DNA of 64,000 bases from Alphaproteobacteria bacterium (GTDB lineage: Bacteria; Pseudomonadota; Alphaproteobacteria; SP197): the NCBI GenBank assembly GCA_964291265.2, contig OZ219746.1:160001-224000 (forward strand), written 5' to 3'. The notes under the pieces were generated by a model, which had not been told where the DNA came from, did no database searches, and saw only the letters and a list, made by a program, of their open reading frames with translations. The translations under genes were made by a program, and so were the position numbers. Below are positions 30,713 to 39,614 of the stretch, piece by piece. Position 1 is the first letter of the stretch. Every line of letters begins with the position of its first letter.

Positions 30713-31019
30713 GTTTCGTGAAGATCTTGGTGTCCGACAACTCTGTCCTGATTGTCGACTTGTCGAAGCCACTTTCGGCCTACCGTTCGAGTTCACTGTT
30801 CCCGACTTGCTTTGCGAGCGTGAGCTCAAGGAACACGGCCGGCCGAACTTTGTCAGGCTGGGTCTTCGCGTCGAGGAACTGGATGGCGATGGAATTTTGC
30901 TTGCGCTGGGTTACCGCCGAAAGCGGAGATCGCTGTCTCTTCCGGACAGCTTTGCCCTTGCTCTCGTGAAAACAAATGCGCTTAACCCGGATTGCGGTTG
31001 GACGGCAGGCTTTAGTTGA
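30709..31019 (+). pseudogene. Frameshifted PIN-like toxin gene
   Basis: MSFVKILVSDNSVLI in one frame continues as PFEFTVPDLL.ERE...LSLPDSFALALVK in another; GTGA overlap with the upstream tail. Confidence 0.6.
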
Positions 31020-31492
31020 CAGAGTGGAGCAGCCGGTTGACCTTCGGCGCCGAGGGCGGCGGCAAGGCGGTACGCTCAGCGCAGCGAACGTCCCGGGTCT
31101 CCGTGCGTCGCCGACTCAAGATGGAACTCCAGCACCCTCACCAGGTCCGGGTCCTCCTCGGACATGCGCTTGCGGCCGCCGCCGGGACGGCGGGTCCGCC
31201 TGGCCGGTACCGGCAACGTCGCCGTCGCGCCCTTGTCCAGTTCACTCAAACCGGAACGGACCGTGTTGCGGGACCTCCCCGTCGCCTCGACGACCCGGGC
31301 GATGCCGCCGCAGCCGAGCGCCCGCGCCGCGGCCGCCACCCACAGGCACCGCGAGCGCCCGTCCAGAACAGCCTCCAGCGCCACGTACTTGGATCCAATC
31401 GTCTCCGACCCCCATCCATGGTGTACGCATGGCACCGCAGCACAATATAGTCAAACTAGTTTGGTAAGTAACCTTAGCTTGAAAGCAGCCTA
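31016..31492 (-). mobile_element. ISAzo13-family transposase, N-terminal relic
   Basis: LWVAAAARALGCGGIARVVEATGRSRNTVRSGL...RRPGGGRKR...HGDP; premature stop. Confidence 0.8.
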
Positions 31493-31538
31493 GGTCCATG
31501 CCTAAATACAGATACGTAAACCCCGCTGAGGATCAATC

Positions 31539-31910
31539 GTGAACAGCCTAGGACACAAAAACTTGCAGCGCGTCGTCGTCGAATACGAAAACCTGGACAT
31601 CCCTCCGGCCTACGTGGAATCAGTGCAAGGAGCAGCAAGCCCCAACGGTGTGCTCCATGTCAGCTTCTTTTCGGAACGCATCAAGGGCCTTGAGAGCATC
31701 CCGGGCACTGTGACAGTGCAAGTGGATGAATCAGGAATGACCAGTCTCTCATCTATGGTTGCCGACCCCTATGGGATGGACAGAGAGGAGTTTAGGGTCA
31801 TTCGCCGAGTGGAGGCCAACCTAATCTTCACAGCAAACGCGATAGAGAGGCTGATCCCTTGGCTCCAGCATCAGCTCGATGCAATGCGCAAGAAGGAGGC
31901 CTCGAGTTGA
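31539..31910 (+). CDS. Hypothetical protein, gene A of the low-GC triplet (DUF3467-like, putative chaperone/adaptor)
   Basis: GAGGA SD then GTG; Y.ESVQGAASPNGVLHVSFFSER...RVEANLIF...WL. Confidence 0.75.
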   Translation: MNSLGHKNLQRVVVEYENLDIPPAYVESVQGAASPNGVLHVSFFSERIKGLESIPGTVTVQVDESGMTSLSSMVADPYGMDREEFRVIRRVEANLIFTANAIERLIPWLQHQLDAMRKKEASS

Positions 31911-32542
31911 GCACTTCGTTTCTTTCCATAGTCGTTCCACAGCTGAGTGAACAGCAAATTGCTGAGTTCTCCGGCGACATAAACGTCTTGGCTCTAACGT
32001 TTCACGTTCCTCCTCTTATGGCGGACCCCGCCATTCAAGAAGAAACAGGGGATGTTTTGTGCTACTGGATCGGTTGGCCCAAGATGAATGCACCGGCACC
32101 ACCTGTTGCAGCTCAACACCATCCTCAGACGCATGACGTTGCCTATTTCATTTATCAGGGACGTAACTATCAGCAGTGCCAAAACACGATCAACGAACTC
32201 CGCGAGACTGCTAAAGAACGCAACTGGGATGGCGAGGACAGCAAACCGATTTCCGATGAGGTGATTTTACTGGCCTTGAGAGTTGCTGCCAACTTACCTG
32301 GAGATCTTCCCGTTCCCGAAATCTACCCCGATCCGGAGGGGCGCATTGAGTTCGACTGGGCACTGGAAAATGGCACTATATTCACGCTAACCGTGGGTCC
32401 GAAAGGAGATGCGGCAATGTCCGCTAAGCGCACGAACGGTGGCTTTCTTCGCGGCTGGGCCAAGAATGACGACGACGATGATACGATCCCTGATTTTGTA
32501 GCCTTTAGCTTGAACTGGTTGAAAAGAATGGCGGTGAAATGA
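31907..32542 (+). CDS. Hypothetical protein, gene B of the triplet (NWDG-motif protein, putative antitoxin)
   Basis: AAGGAGG at 31893-31899, TTG start overlapping the gene A stop; NWDGEDSKPIS...PEIYPDPEGRIEFDW. Confidence 0.75.
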   Translation: MSTSFLSIVVPQLSEQQIAEFSGDINVLALTFHVPPLMADPAIQEETGDVLCYWIGWPKMNAPAPPVAAQHHPQTHDVAYFIYQGRNYQQCQNTINELRETAKERNWDGEDSKPISDEVILLALRVAANLPGDLPVPEIYPDPEGRIEFDWALENGTIFTLTVGPKGDAAMSAKRTNGGFLRGWAKNDDDDDTIPDFVAFSLNWLKRMAVK

Positions 32543-32931
32543 CGGATAATTCAGGGAAGCTATTTGCCCGATATTGTTTTGAAAAATCAAAAATAAAGAA
32601 GAGTGGTTTGCACCATAGGCTGTTTCACCCAAAAGACGATAGATTGTCGGTCCAACTCATTGACGATATTCAAACTCAACAAATTGAGATTATCGGTCGT
32701 GAGATTGGAATAGAACAAGGTCGAAATTTATACGGATGGGGTCAGGTCAGCAGGTCAGTTTTCGAGAAGGAAGGACTTCGTGTGTGCGTGGACAATGATC
32801 CAAGGCCAGGCCACACCAATATACGGGGGTGGCCTAAAGATCCTGATGTTCTGCTTGATGTAAGACAAAAGCTGGCCGTTGCCGCAAATGTTGTGGGCGC
32901 TGTTTACGTCTCATGCTGTACAACTGCCTAG
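32539..32931 (+). CDS. Hypothetical protein, gene C of the triplet (putative ART/RES-like toxin)
   Basis: ATGA overlap; LFARY...F.P...LSV...GHTNIRGWP pattern. Confidence 0.7.
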   Translation: MTDNSGKLFARYCFEKSKIKKSGLHHRLFHPKDDRLSVQLIDDIQTQQIEIIGREIGIEQGRNLYGWGQVSRSVFEKEGLRVCVDNDPRPGHTNIRGWPKDPDVLLDVRQKLAVAANVVGAVYVSCCTTA

Positions 32932-33477
32932 GCAAGAGTGCCGCTCATCCGCGATGCCGGCTTCCCAGGTCGGAGATCCGCAAGCGGCGTCTCGCCTATT
33001 CCGGTTGCTCAACCGGTCACGGCAGTCCATCGCTGATGTCAAGTCATGCTACCGTCGCAATCGTTGTCGTCTGGTTCGTGTGTATGGGATACAAAGGGTT
33101 GCATGGTGTTTCGGGCGTGGCGCTGCTTGCCGCCTCATCGGTTTGCAGTGACATGTCTCTGGTCCCTGCGACTCCCCTTGTTGAATGTGGCGCGAGTGCC
33201 CTTTCGGTCACCCGTGAGCGAGAAACTTGCGCAAGCCGGATTTCGGCACTCCTTGCGTGGCAGGCGAGGTTCGTCAGGGCCCCGGTGCGCTGCGGCCGGC
33301 CGAAGTCCGAAGTGGCGAAAGTTCAGACTGCACTCCGACTTGTTTCTGACGTCCCTGCAGCAAGGCCTTCCCACGCTGGAATTCGCTTGATTTCACTTGA
33401 CGTCAGGCGTTCGTATGTTGCACGCGCGCGGACATTTTCCGCTGGCCATCCCGCTTGGGATGTGCGACGGTCCGGTC

Positions 33478-33876
33478 ATGTTGTCGATTCGCAAGCGCAT
33501 GGAAGCTGTCCCGATCCATCAGGAAGCACCTGAGGGTTTTTCCCTGTCTGAGGTTGAGGTTCGCCTGACGAGGCCGGAGGAGCGTCCGCTGTGGGACGCG
33601 CTGATGAACGAGCACCACTATCTCGGCTTCCGTCGCCTGGCGGGTCGCGGTCTGCGCTACCTTGCGACCTTCAGGGGCCATTGGCTGGGGCTGGCGGCGT
33701 GGCAGAACGGCGCCTTCAAGTGCGCTCCCCGCGACCAGTGGACCGGCTGGAAGCCGGAGCAGCAGTTCCAGCGGCTCTCGATGGTAGCCAACAACACGCG
33801 GTTCTTGCTCCTCTCCAAGCCCGGGGTGTTTGCGAACCTTGCTTCCTGTTTCCGTAACTACTCACTCCCCTACTGA
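33478..33876 (+). pseudogene. Truncated DUF4338 N-terminal part of the transposase
   Basis: HHYLGFRRLAGRGLRY...NNTRFLLL; homology to the first copy ends at 33853. Confidence 0.8.
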
Positions 33877-34196
33877 TGACGAATGGTTTTTCCTGACGGG
33901 TTCGGATCCGGCATTTTCTCTTGCCGCCTTCACTGGCTCGCTGCCGATGATCGGATGTGCGTGTTCCGACTGACAAGAAGCGGATCGATCTTCGGCTTCA
34001 GCTCCACGTTCCGGCCTTATGGGGAGGGGGCTGCGACGTGATCCGGCACCCCGCGCCGAGGTTGCGTGTCAACCGTTCTGTCCGGTGGAGCGGGTTCCGT
34101 TGGCTGCCTTTCCAATCCTCTGGAGATATGCGCTTGACATTGTAGGAGGGGCGCTCTACATGCAGGCCATCGGGGCGGATTGCGTCGGAGATATTG

Positions 34197-35420
34197 ATGG
34201 CGGCATGGTATGGATCGAAGGCGACGACGGGTCTGAGCCAGGCGATCGTCGCGGCCATGCCGCCGCATGACGTGTACATCGAGGCGTTCCTTGGGGGCGG
34301 CGCGATCATGAAGCGCAAGCCTCCGGCGCTACGCAGCATCGGCATTGACCTCAACCGCCGGGCGATCGACAGCTTCCGCTGTGACTATCCGGTGGAGCTT
34401 CACCAAGGCTGCGCCCTGCGTTTTCTCGAGACCTTCGCCTTCCAGGGCCGCGAGCTGGTCTACTGCGACCCGCCTTACGTGCAGTCGACGCGCCGGTCGC
34501 AGCGCCGCTACCGCTTCGACTGCACGGACGATGACCATGTTGCGCTCCTCGACATCCTGACGTCGCTGCCCTGCCAGGTGATGATCTCCGGCTATCCCTC
34601 GCGGCTCTACGACACGCACCTCGCCGGCTGGCGCTCGGCCGAGGTCCAGGTCAACAACCAGGCCTGCGTTGTCACCCTCGACGCGCTGCACACGACACGC
34701 CATACCGCGAAGCTGATCACACAACGCGCGGATTACGTCTTCGTCGTCAAGGGCAACGCTCCGGAGACCTTCGCCATCCTCGACAGCATCAATTGGCAAA
34801 AGGACGCCACCGGCCACTTCACGGAGCCGTTCGACAAGGCGCACGGTCGACTGGAGCAGCGTTCGATCAGCGTCCTCGTCCCGTTGGACGGTCTGATCAA
34901 CTATCCGGGCGTCCGTCAGGTCGCCCGCATCACCCGCTATCGGGAGCCGTGGAAGAAAGGCTCCGGCGATGCCGGGAAGGAAGGCTCCGGCGATGCCGGG
35001 AAGGAAGGCCCCGGCGATGCCGGGAAGGAAGGCTCCGGCGATGCCGGGAAGAAAGGCCCCGGCGATGCCGGGAAGAAAGGCCCCGGCGATGCCGGGAAGC
35101 AAGAAGAGAAGGATTACACGGAAACCGATTACATCATCACCTCTCTCGATACGGGGGCCACGTCGCCGGAAGAGTTGCTGCGACTGAACCGCCGCCACTG
35201 GGCCGTGGAAAATCTGAACCATCGACAAAGGGATTGCGTCTTCGGCGAAGACGCCTGCCTGACCCGCACCGACAACGGCCCGGCGAACCGGGCCAGCCTC
35301 AACAACATCGCGCTCGCGGTGATCTTCGCCAACCGCCGCGAGGCCGAAAGCCTCGCCGAAACCCGGCGCCGCCTACAACTGGACCGTCGCGAGGCCATCA
35401 ACGCCCTGACCCGGCCCTGA
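34197..35420 (+). CDS. Chimeric ORF: Dam/D12-class adenine methyltransferase N-terminal part fused to the ISAs1 DDE transposase C-terminal part
   Basis: YGSK, EAFLGGGA (motif I), YCDPPY (motif IV); then VTLDALHT, VKGN, HGRLEQR, HWAVEN, D..FGED; GGAG SD. Confidence 0.8.
   Translation: MAAWYGSKATTGLSQAIVAAMPPHDVYIEAFLGGGAIMKRKPPALRSIGIDLNRRAIDSFRCDYPVELHQGCALRFLETFAFQGRELVYCDPPYVQSTRRSQRRYRFDCTDDDHVALLDILTSLPCQVMISGYPSRLYDTHLAGWRSAEVQVNNQACVVTLDALHTTRHTAKLITQRADYVFVVKGNAPETFAILDSINWQKDATGHFTEPFDKAHGRLEQRSISVLVPLDGLINYPGVRQVARITRYREPWKKGSGDAGKEGSGDAGKEGPGDAGKEGSGDAGKKGPGDAGKKGPGDAGKQEEKDYTETDYIITSLDTGATSPEELLRLNRRHWAVENLNHRQRDCVFGEDACLTRTDNGPANRASLNNIALAVIFANRREAESLAETRRRLQLDRREAINALTRP
34953..35096 (+). 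repeat. 6 x 24-bp in-frame tandem repeat (K[K/E]G[S/P]GDAG)
   Basis: AAG(A/G)AAGGC(T/C)CCGGCGATGCCGGG repeated six times. Confidence 0.97.
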
Positions 35421-35893
35421 GACGCCTTGAGCGTCCGGGGACCCCGGAACGCTGCTAGAACATCAAGAACCAAGCATCCGGGCCGAAAACGCTGCCGGTG
35501 TCGCCATGCGGACGGCACTGAAGCCACGGAATCCGTCCAGGACATCCCGATTCGGCCTCGATTCGTCGGCCTCGCGAAAGATCAGATGGCCGATTCGGGC
35601 GCGATTCATCGGCTTCCCGAAAAATCAGCCGTAGCGTAGGAAAGTCCTGTCCCTGCAGCCTTTCGCCCTGATGGTCCCGGCCTCTTCCCTGAGTATCGAG
35701 ACTGCGGTGGCTGAAGGCGCGAGAAAACAGGACGCAAATTCGACTGCAGGCCGGCAAGGTCCGTGACGAAGCCATGCAGGTCGACCGCAACGGTTGCCAG
35801 GTCGACCAGGGGAGCCGGCCCGATCATCGGATGGCGTGGGCCTGAAGAGGAGCAAGGCCTTCGCATGCGCTGTCTCGAATCGGTTTCGGCTGT

Positions 35894-36568
35894 TCACAGG
35901 CCGAGCAGGCCGGGAAGGTGGGTGATGTCGGGGATTTCGCGGTAGCCGAAGAAGGGGACGGACGGCTCGTAGCCGCGATTGACATAGACCTTGTTGACGA
36001 TGCGCATGTGGTGACACGGTATCAGGTCGTAGTAGAGGCTCGCCGAGACGTGCAGGATCTCGTGGCGTCGGCAGTCGAGCTGGTCAAGCATGTACTCGAA
36101 GGCCGCGAAGCGGGGTTTGTAGCTCCTTGCCTGTTCCGCCGTGCAGATGGCGTGGAAGGGAGCGCCAAGCTTGTCGACGTTGTGCCTGATCTGCTCGTCG
36201 TTGGCATTCGAGAGAATGACGAGAGGGTAGGCCTCGGCTGTCCGCGCCAGGGCCTCCGGCACGTCGGGATGCGGGCCCCAGGAAGGGATCGCATCCACGA
36301 TCGCGTCGGCTGTCTCGCTGTCATACGCCATGTTCCAGAGAGCGCAGGTCCGCCGGAAGGACTCGGTGATCACCTGCGCGTAGGGCTTGAAGGTTCCCAG
36401 CACCTCGTCACCGCGAAAGGCCTCGAAGTCGTCCAGGAACGCGCCCATGTCGCGTTCATCCAGGCGTTCCGCCATCAGCTCCGCGGTGACGTCGGACATC
36501 TGGAAGTCGGTCAGTGTTCCATAGAGATCGAAGGTGATGAACTTCGGCCTCGGGTGATCACCTGTCAT
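35894..36568 (-). CDS. Haloacid dehalogenase type II (HAD)
   Basis: FDLYGTL, ILSNAND, YKP, LHVSASLYYD. Confidence 0.9.
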   Translation of the reverse strand: MTGDHPRPKFITFDLYGTLTDFQMSDVTAELMAERLDERDMGAFLDDFEAFRGDEVLGTFKPYAQVITESFRRTCALWNMAYDSETADAIVDAIPSWGPHPDVPEALARTAEAYPLVILSNANDEQIRHNVDKLGAPFHAICTAEQARSYKPRFAAFEYMLDQLDCRRHEILHVSASLYYDLIPCHHMRIVNKVYVNRGYEPSVPFFGYREIPDITHLPGLLGL

Positions 36569-36598
36569 GTCGGTCTGCTCCCCGGGTTCCGGTACCGG

Positions 36599-38128
36599 TC
36601 AGTCGAGTGCCAGATCCCTGGTGAAGAGGTAGTGGCCGTCGGGATGGACGGCGTAGTTGGCCACGTTCGAGCGATGCCCGTCGCTGGTCAGCTGATGAAC
36701 AAGGAAAACGGTGACGGCCCTCGACTGGAGCTCGCGGGCGATGTCCCGGTAGAGCGCATACCGTTCCGCTTCGCTTTCCGCACTGCTCGCCTCGTCGACC
36801 ATGGCGTCGATATCCGGATCGCAGAATCGCGACAGGTTGTAGCCGCCTTCGCAGGTGTAGTCCGCCGTCAGAAAGCCGATGGGATCGGCCACATCGGACA
36901 GGTAACCCCGCGACAGCACCAGCATGTCGAACTCGCCGCTCAGGAGGTCCGGTTCAAGGGCGCCATAGTTCGCCACCTTCAGTTCCACGCTGATGCCGAT
37001 GGTGCCGAGCTGTGCCTGGATGACCGCGGCGACATCGGGAAGTTCGGCACGTTCGACATAGGCATGGAGAACGAGGTCGAGGGACTCCGGGTCGACACCG
37101 GATTCGGCGATGAGCGCCCGGGCGCGCTCCACGTCCTGGGACACTGCCATTGCGTCTTCGGGAGCCCAGGGGTCGTCGGGTCCGAAGGGGCCGACAGCAG
37201 CCCGGGCCGAGCCCTCGTAGATCGTCTGGGCGATGGCTGTCGCATCGATGGCGCTCTGGATGGCCTGACGCACCGCCATGTTGTCGAACGGCGCCTTCCG
37301 GTTGTTGAGATAGAGGCTGTTGGTGCGCGCCTGAGCGACAGTCTGGACCACGACATCCGTTTCCGACTGCAATCCGAGAACCTCCGTGACCGGCAGGCGG
37401 GCCGAGATGTGCGCCTCGCCGGTCCGCAGTTGCGTCGCCCGTCCGCTGCCCTCCGGAATGAAACGCATCTCGCCGCTTTCGAGCTGGGCCGGTCCGCCCC
37501 AGTAGTCGTCATGACGTTCGAGCATCAGGGACTGCTGGGGAACATGTTCGACGATGTCGAAGGGTCCGACGCAGTGACCCACGGGGTCGACGGCGTCACC
37601 GTCAAGGGCGGCCGGCGCCAGGAACCCGGTGTTGGGGGACGAGACGCGCATCGGTGTGAGAACGCTTGGATTGACCGATTCGATCCTCAGCGTCATGTCG
37701 TCGAGCACGGAGACCGATGCAATGCGCTTCGGCGTGAAGGCCCGCGGCGGCGCCGTAGCCGTCAGCATGCGGTTGAGGGACTCGGCGGCGACGGCAGCGT
37801 TGAAGGACGTTCCGTCACTGAACGTCACGCCTTCGCGGATGGTGAAGTCCCACTCGGTGGGAGAATGCCGCGCCCAGGATTCCGCGAGCGCCGGTTCCAG
37901 GGCGCCGTCCGCAGTGCGCCGCGTGAGCGATTCGACGCATCCGGCTCGGGTCAGGATGTAGGCGTCGTCGGTTTCCATGGCCCACCCCGCCTGTGGCGCA
38001 AAGGCGTCCGTGGCGACAAGATGGAGATGTCCGTCCGCCTGGACAGAACCCTGCGACAGTCCAAGGGACAGGAGGCCGACAGCTCCCAGGGTGGCCATGC
38101 GGCCGGAAACGGGATGTCGAATGATCAT
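36599..38128 (-). CDS. ABC transporter substrate-binding protein, family 5 (DppA/NikA-like)
   Basis: PALAESW, REGVTFSDG, PFDNMAVRQAI; signal peptide; start could be 38098. Confidence 0.9.
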   Translation of the reverse strand: MIIRHPVSGRMATLGAVGLLSLGLSQGSVQADGHLHLVATDAFAPQAGWAMETDDAYILTRAGCVESLTRRTADGALEPALAESWARHSPTEWDFTIREGVTFSDGTSFNAAVAAESLNRMLTATAPPRAFTPKRIASVSVLDDMTLRIESVNPSVLTPMRVSSPNTGFLAPAALDGDAVDPVGHCVGPFDIVEHVPQQSLMLERHDDYWGGPAQLESGEMRFIPEGSGRATQLRTGEAHISARLPVTEVLGLQSETDVVVQTVAQARTNSLYLNNRKAPFDNMAVRQAIQSAIDATAIAQTIYEGSARAAVGPFGPDDPWAPEDAMAVSQDVERARALIAESGVDPESLDLVLHAYVERAELPDVAAVIQAQLGTIGISVELKVANYGALEPDLLSGEFDMLVLSRGYLSDVADPIGFLTADYTCEGGYNLSRFCDPDIDAMVDEASSAESEAERYALYRDIARELQSRAVTVFLVHQLTSDGHRSNVANYAVHPDGHYLFTRDLALD

Positions 38129-38286
38129 CGTTGTGTGCGTTGTTCCAGGTTGTTGGTGACTGTTTCGTGACGCTTGACGGCGTCGCTCGGATCCCACGGT
38201 ACACCGATTGTCAACACGGACAATCCGGTTGGCCTGAGAGGTGTCTGGTGATACTCCCGTCCTCTGGAATCGACAGTGGAGGCGAC

Positions 38287-39231
38287 GTGACCGGAGCGGC
38301 ACACAGTCACGGTCATTCCCACGGCATGGCGGACATCGAGAACAATGGCCGCATGCTGGGGCTGGTGGCGCTGCTGATCGGCAGCTTCATGATCGCCGAG
38401 TTTGTCGGTGGCCTGCTGTCGGGATCGCTGGCGTTGCTGGCGGATGCCGGACACATGCTTTCGGATTTCGTCAGCCTGACCCTCGCCTGGTACGCCTTTC
38501 GCCTGTCGAGGCGCAAGCCGACTCCACGGATGAGCTACGGTGTCGATCGCTTGCAGATCCTGGTCGCCTTCGGCAACGCGATGCTGATGATCTTCCTGTG
38601 CGTCTGGATTGTCTCGGAAGCTGTCCACCGGATCATCGAGCCTGGAGCCATCCTGAGCGAGATGATGCTCGTCATTGCCGCGATTGGCCTCGTCGTCAAC
38701 GTCCTTGCCCTTGTCATCATTTCCAGGGCCAACCGGGACAACCTGAACGTGCGTGGCGCCCGGCTCCACGTGATGGGCGATCTCCTTGGGTCGCTGGCGG
38801 CCATTGCCGCGGCCGGGATCATCATGGTGACCGGGTGGACGGTTGCCGATCCGCTGCTCTCCCTTGTCATGGTCGCCATCATCCTGAGGAACACCTGGCC
38901 CGTGATGAAGGACTCCGCGCACATCCTGCTGGAGGGGTCCCCGGACCATCTCACCCGGCGGGACATCGGCGAGGATCTCGCCGGACATATCGACGACATC
39001 GTCGACGTCCATCATGTCCACGTCTGGTCGATCACCCAGGCGCGCACCATGGCGACCCTTCATGCAAGGGTGCGGGAGTCCGCGGTGCCGCACGACGTGA
39101 TTGTCCGCGTCAAGGAACGGCTGCGCGACGGGTACGGTATCGAGCACGCCACGGTCGAAATCGAATTCGATCACTGTGCCGACGACATCCACCAGAGCGC
39201 CCGTTCGCAGGGCATCGAGGCCCCGCGATGA
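38287..39231 (+). CDS. Cation diffusion facilitator (CzcD/ZitB-like)
   Basis: His-rich N-terminus, SLALLADAGHMLSD, LHVMGDLLGS, VHHVHVWS. Confidence 0.92.
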   Translation: MTGAAHSHGHSHGMADIENNGRMLGLVALLIGSFMIAEFVGGLLSGSLALLADAGHMLSDFVSLTLAWYAFRLSRRKPTPRMSYGVDRLQILVAFGNAMLMIFLCVWIVSEAVHRIIEPGAILSEMMLVIAAIGLVVNVLALVIISRANRDNLNVRGARLHVMGDLLGSLAAIAAAGIIMVTGWTVADPLLSLVMVAIILRNTWPVMKDSAHILLEGSPDHLTRRDIGEDLAGHIDDIVDVHHVHVWSITQARTMATLHARVRESAVPHDVIVRVKERLRDGYGIEHATVEIEFDHCADDIHQSARSQGIEAPR

Positions 39232-39353
39232 TGGCCGGGAACCTCCGGCGGGATGGCGTGTCGCAACGCCCGCTTGAGCGGTCATGAACGAGCGCGCACC
39301 CTCGTCGGGCGCCCGATGGTGCATGAGGGATGGATGATGCGCCGGTTGTCGGA

Positions 39354-39614
39354 TCAACAGGCGCACGGGGCGCAGTGGCAGTCATCGCAAGCGCAGTGCG
39401 GATTGCCACAGGCCCTGACGCCGAATCCGCCATCGCGTATGGCGCCATGGACGGCGGCGGCCGTCATGGCGGCATCACCGATGATGGAGACCGTTCCGGT
39501 CTCGTGATCGACCGTAGCGGATTCGACCCCCGTCTGGGAGAGGACCATCGTTCTGACGGCATTCGAACAACCCTCGCAGACCATGCCGGTGACGTCGAAT
39601 TCAAGGGTTGTCAT
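39354..39614 (-). CDS. CopZ-like HMA chaperone with Cys-rich C-terminal tail
   Basis: GMVCEGC plus tail CGNPHCACDDCHCAPCAC. Confidence 0.85.
   Translation of the reverse strand: MTTLEFDVTGMVCEGCSNAVRTMVLSQTGVESATVDHETGTVSIIGDAAMTAAAVHGAIRDGGFGVRACGNPHCACDDCHCAPCAC

Larger units (their letters stand above)
33361..35649 (+). mobile_element. ISAs1-family element with both IRs and a 9-bp TSD, internally rearranged
   Basis: Left IR 33361-33377; right IR AGCGTAGGAAAGTCCTG at 35633-35649 (13/17 match); TCCCTGCAG at 33352-33360 and 35650-35658. Confidence 0.88.

Noticed and set aside
32932-33351. 206-aa ORF and possible IS-end-like sequences
   Set aside because: No protein motifs and no matching partner IR or TSD found; left unannotated
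29436-33876. DUF4338 domains as a Druantia (DruA) defence system
   Set aside because: They sit inside IS ends and are joined to ISAs1 transposase sequence; no DruE helicase or other Dru genes are present
34953-35096. 24-bp repeats as a CRISPR array
   Set aside because: Contiguous tandem units without spacers, in frame within an ORF, and no cas genes
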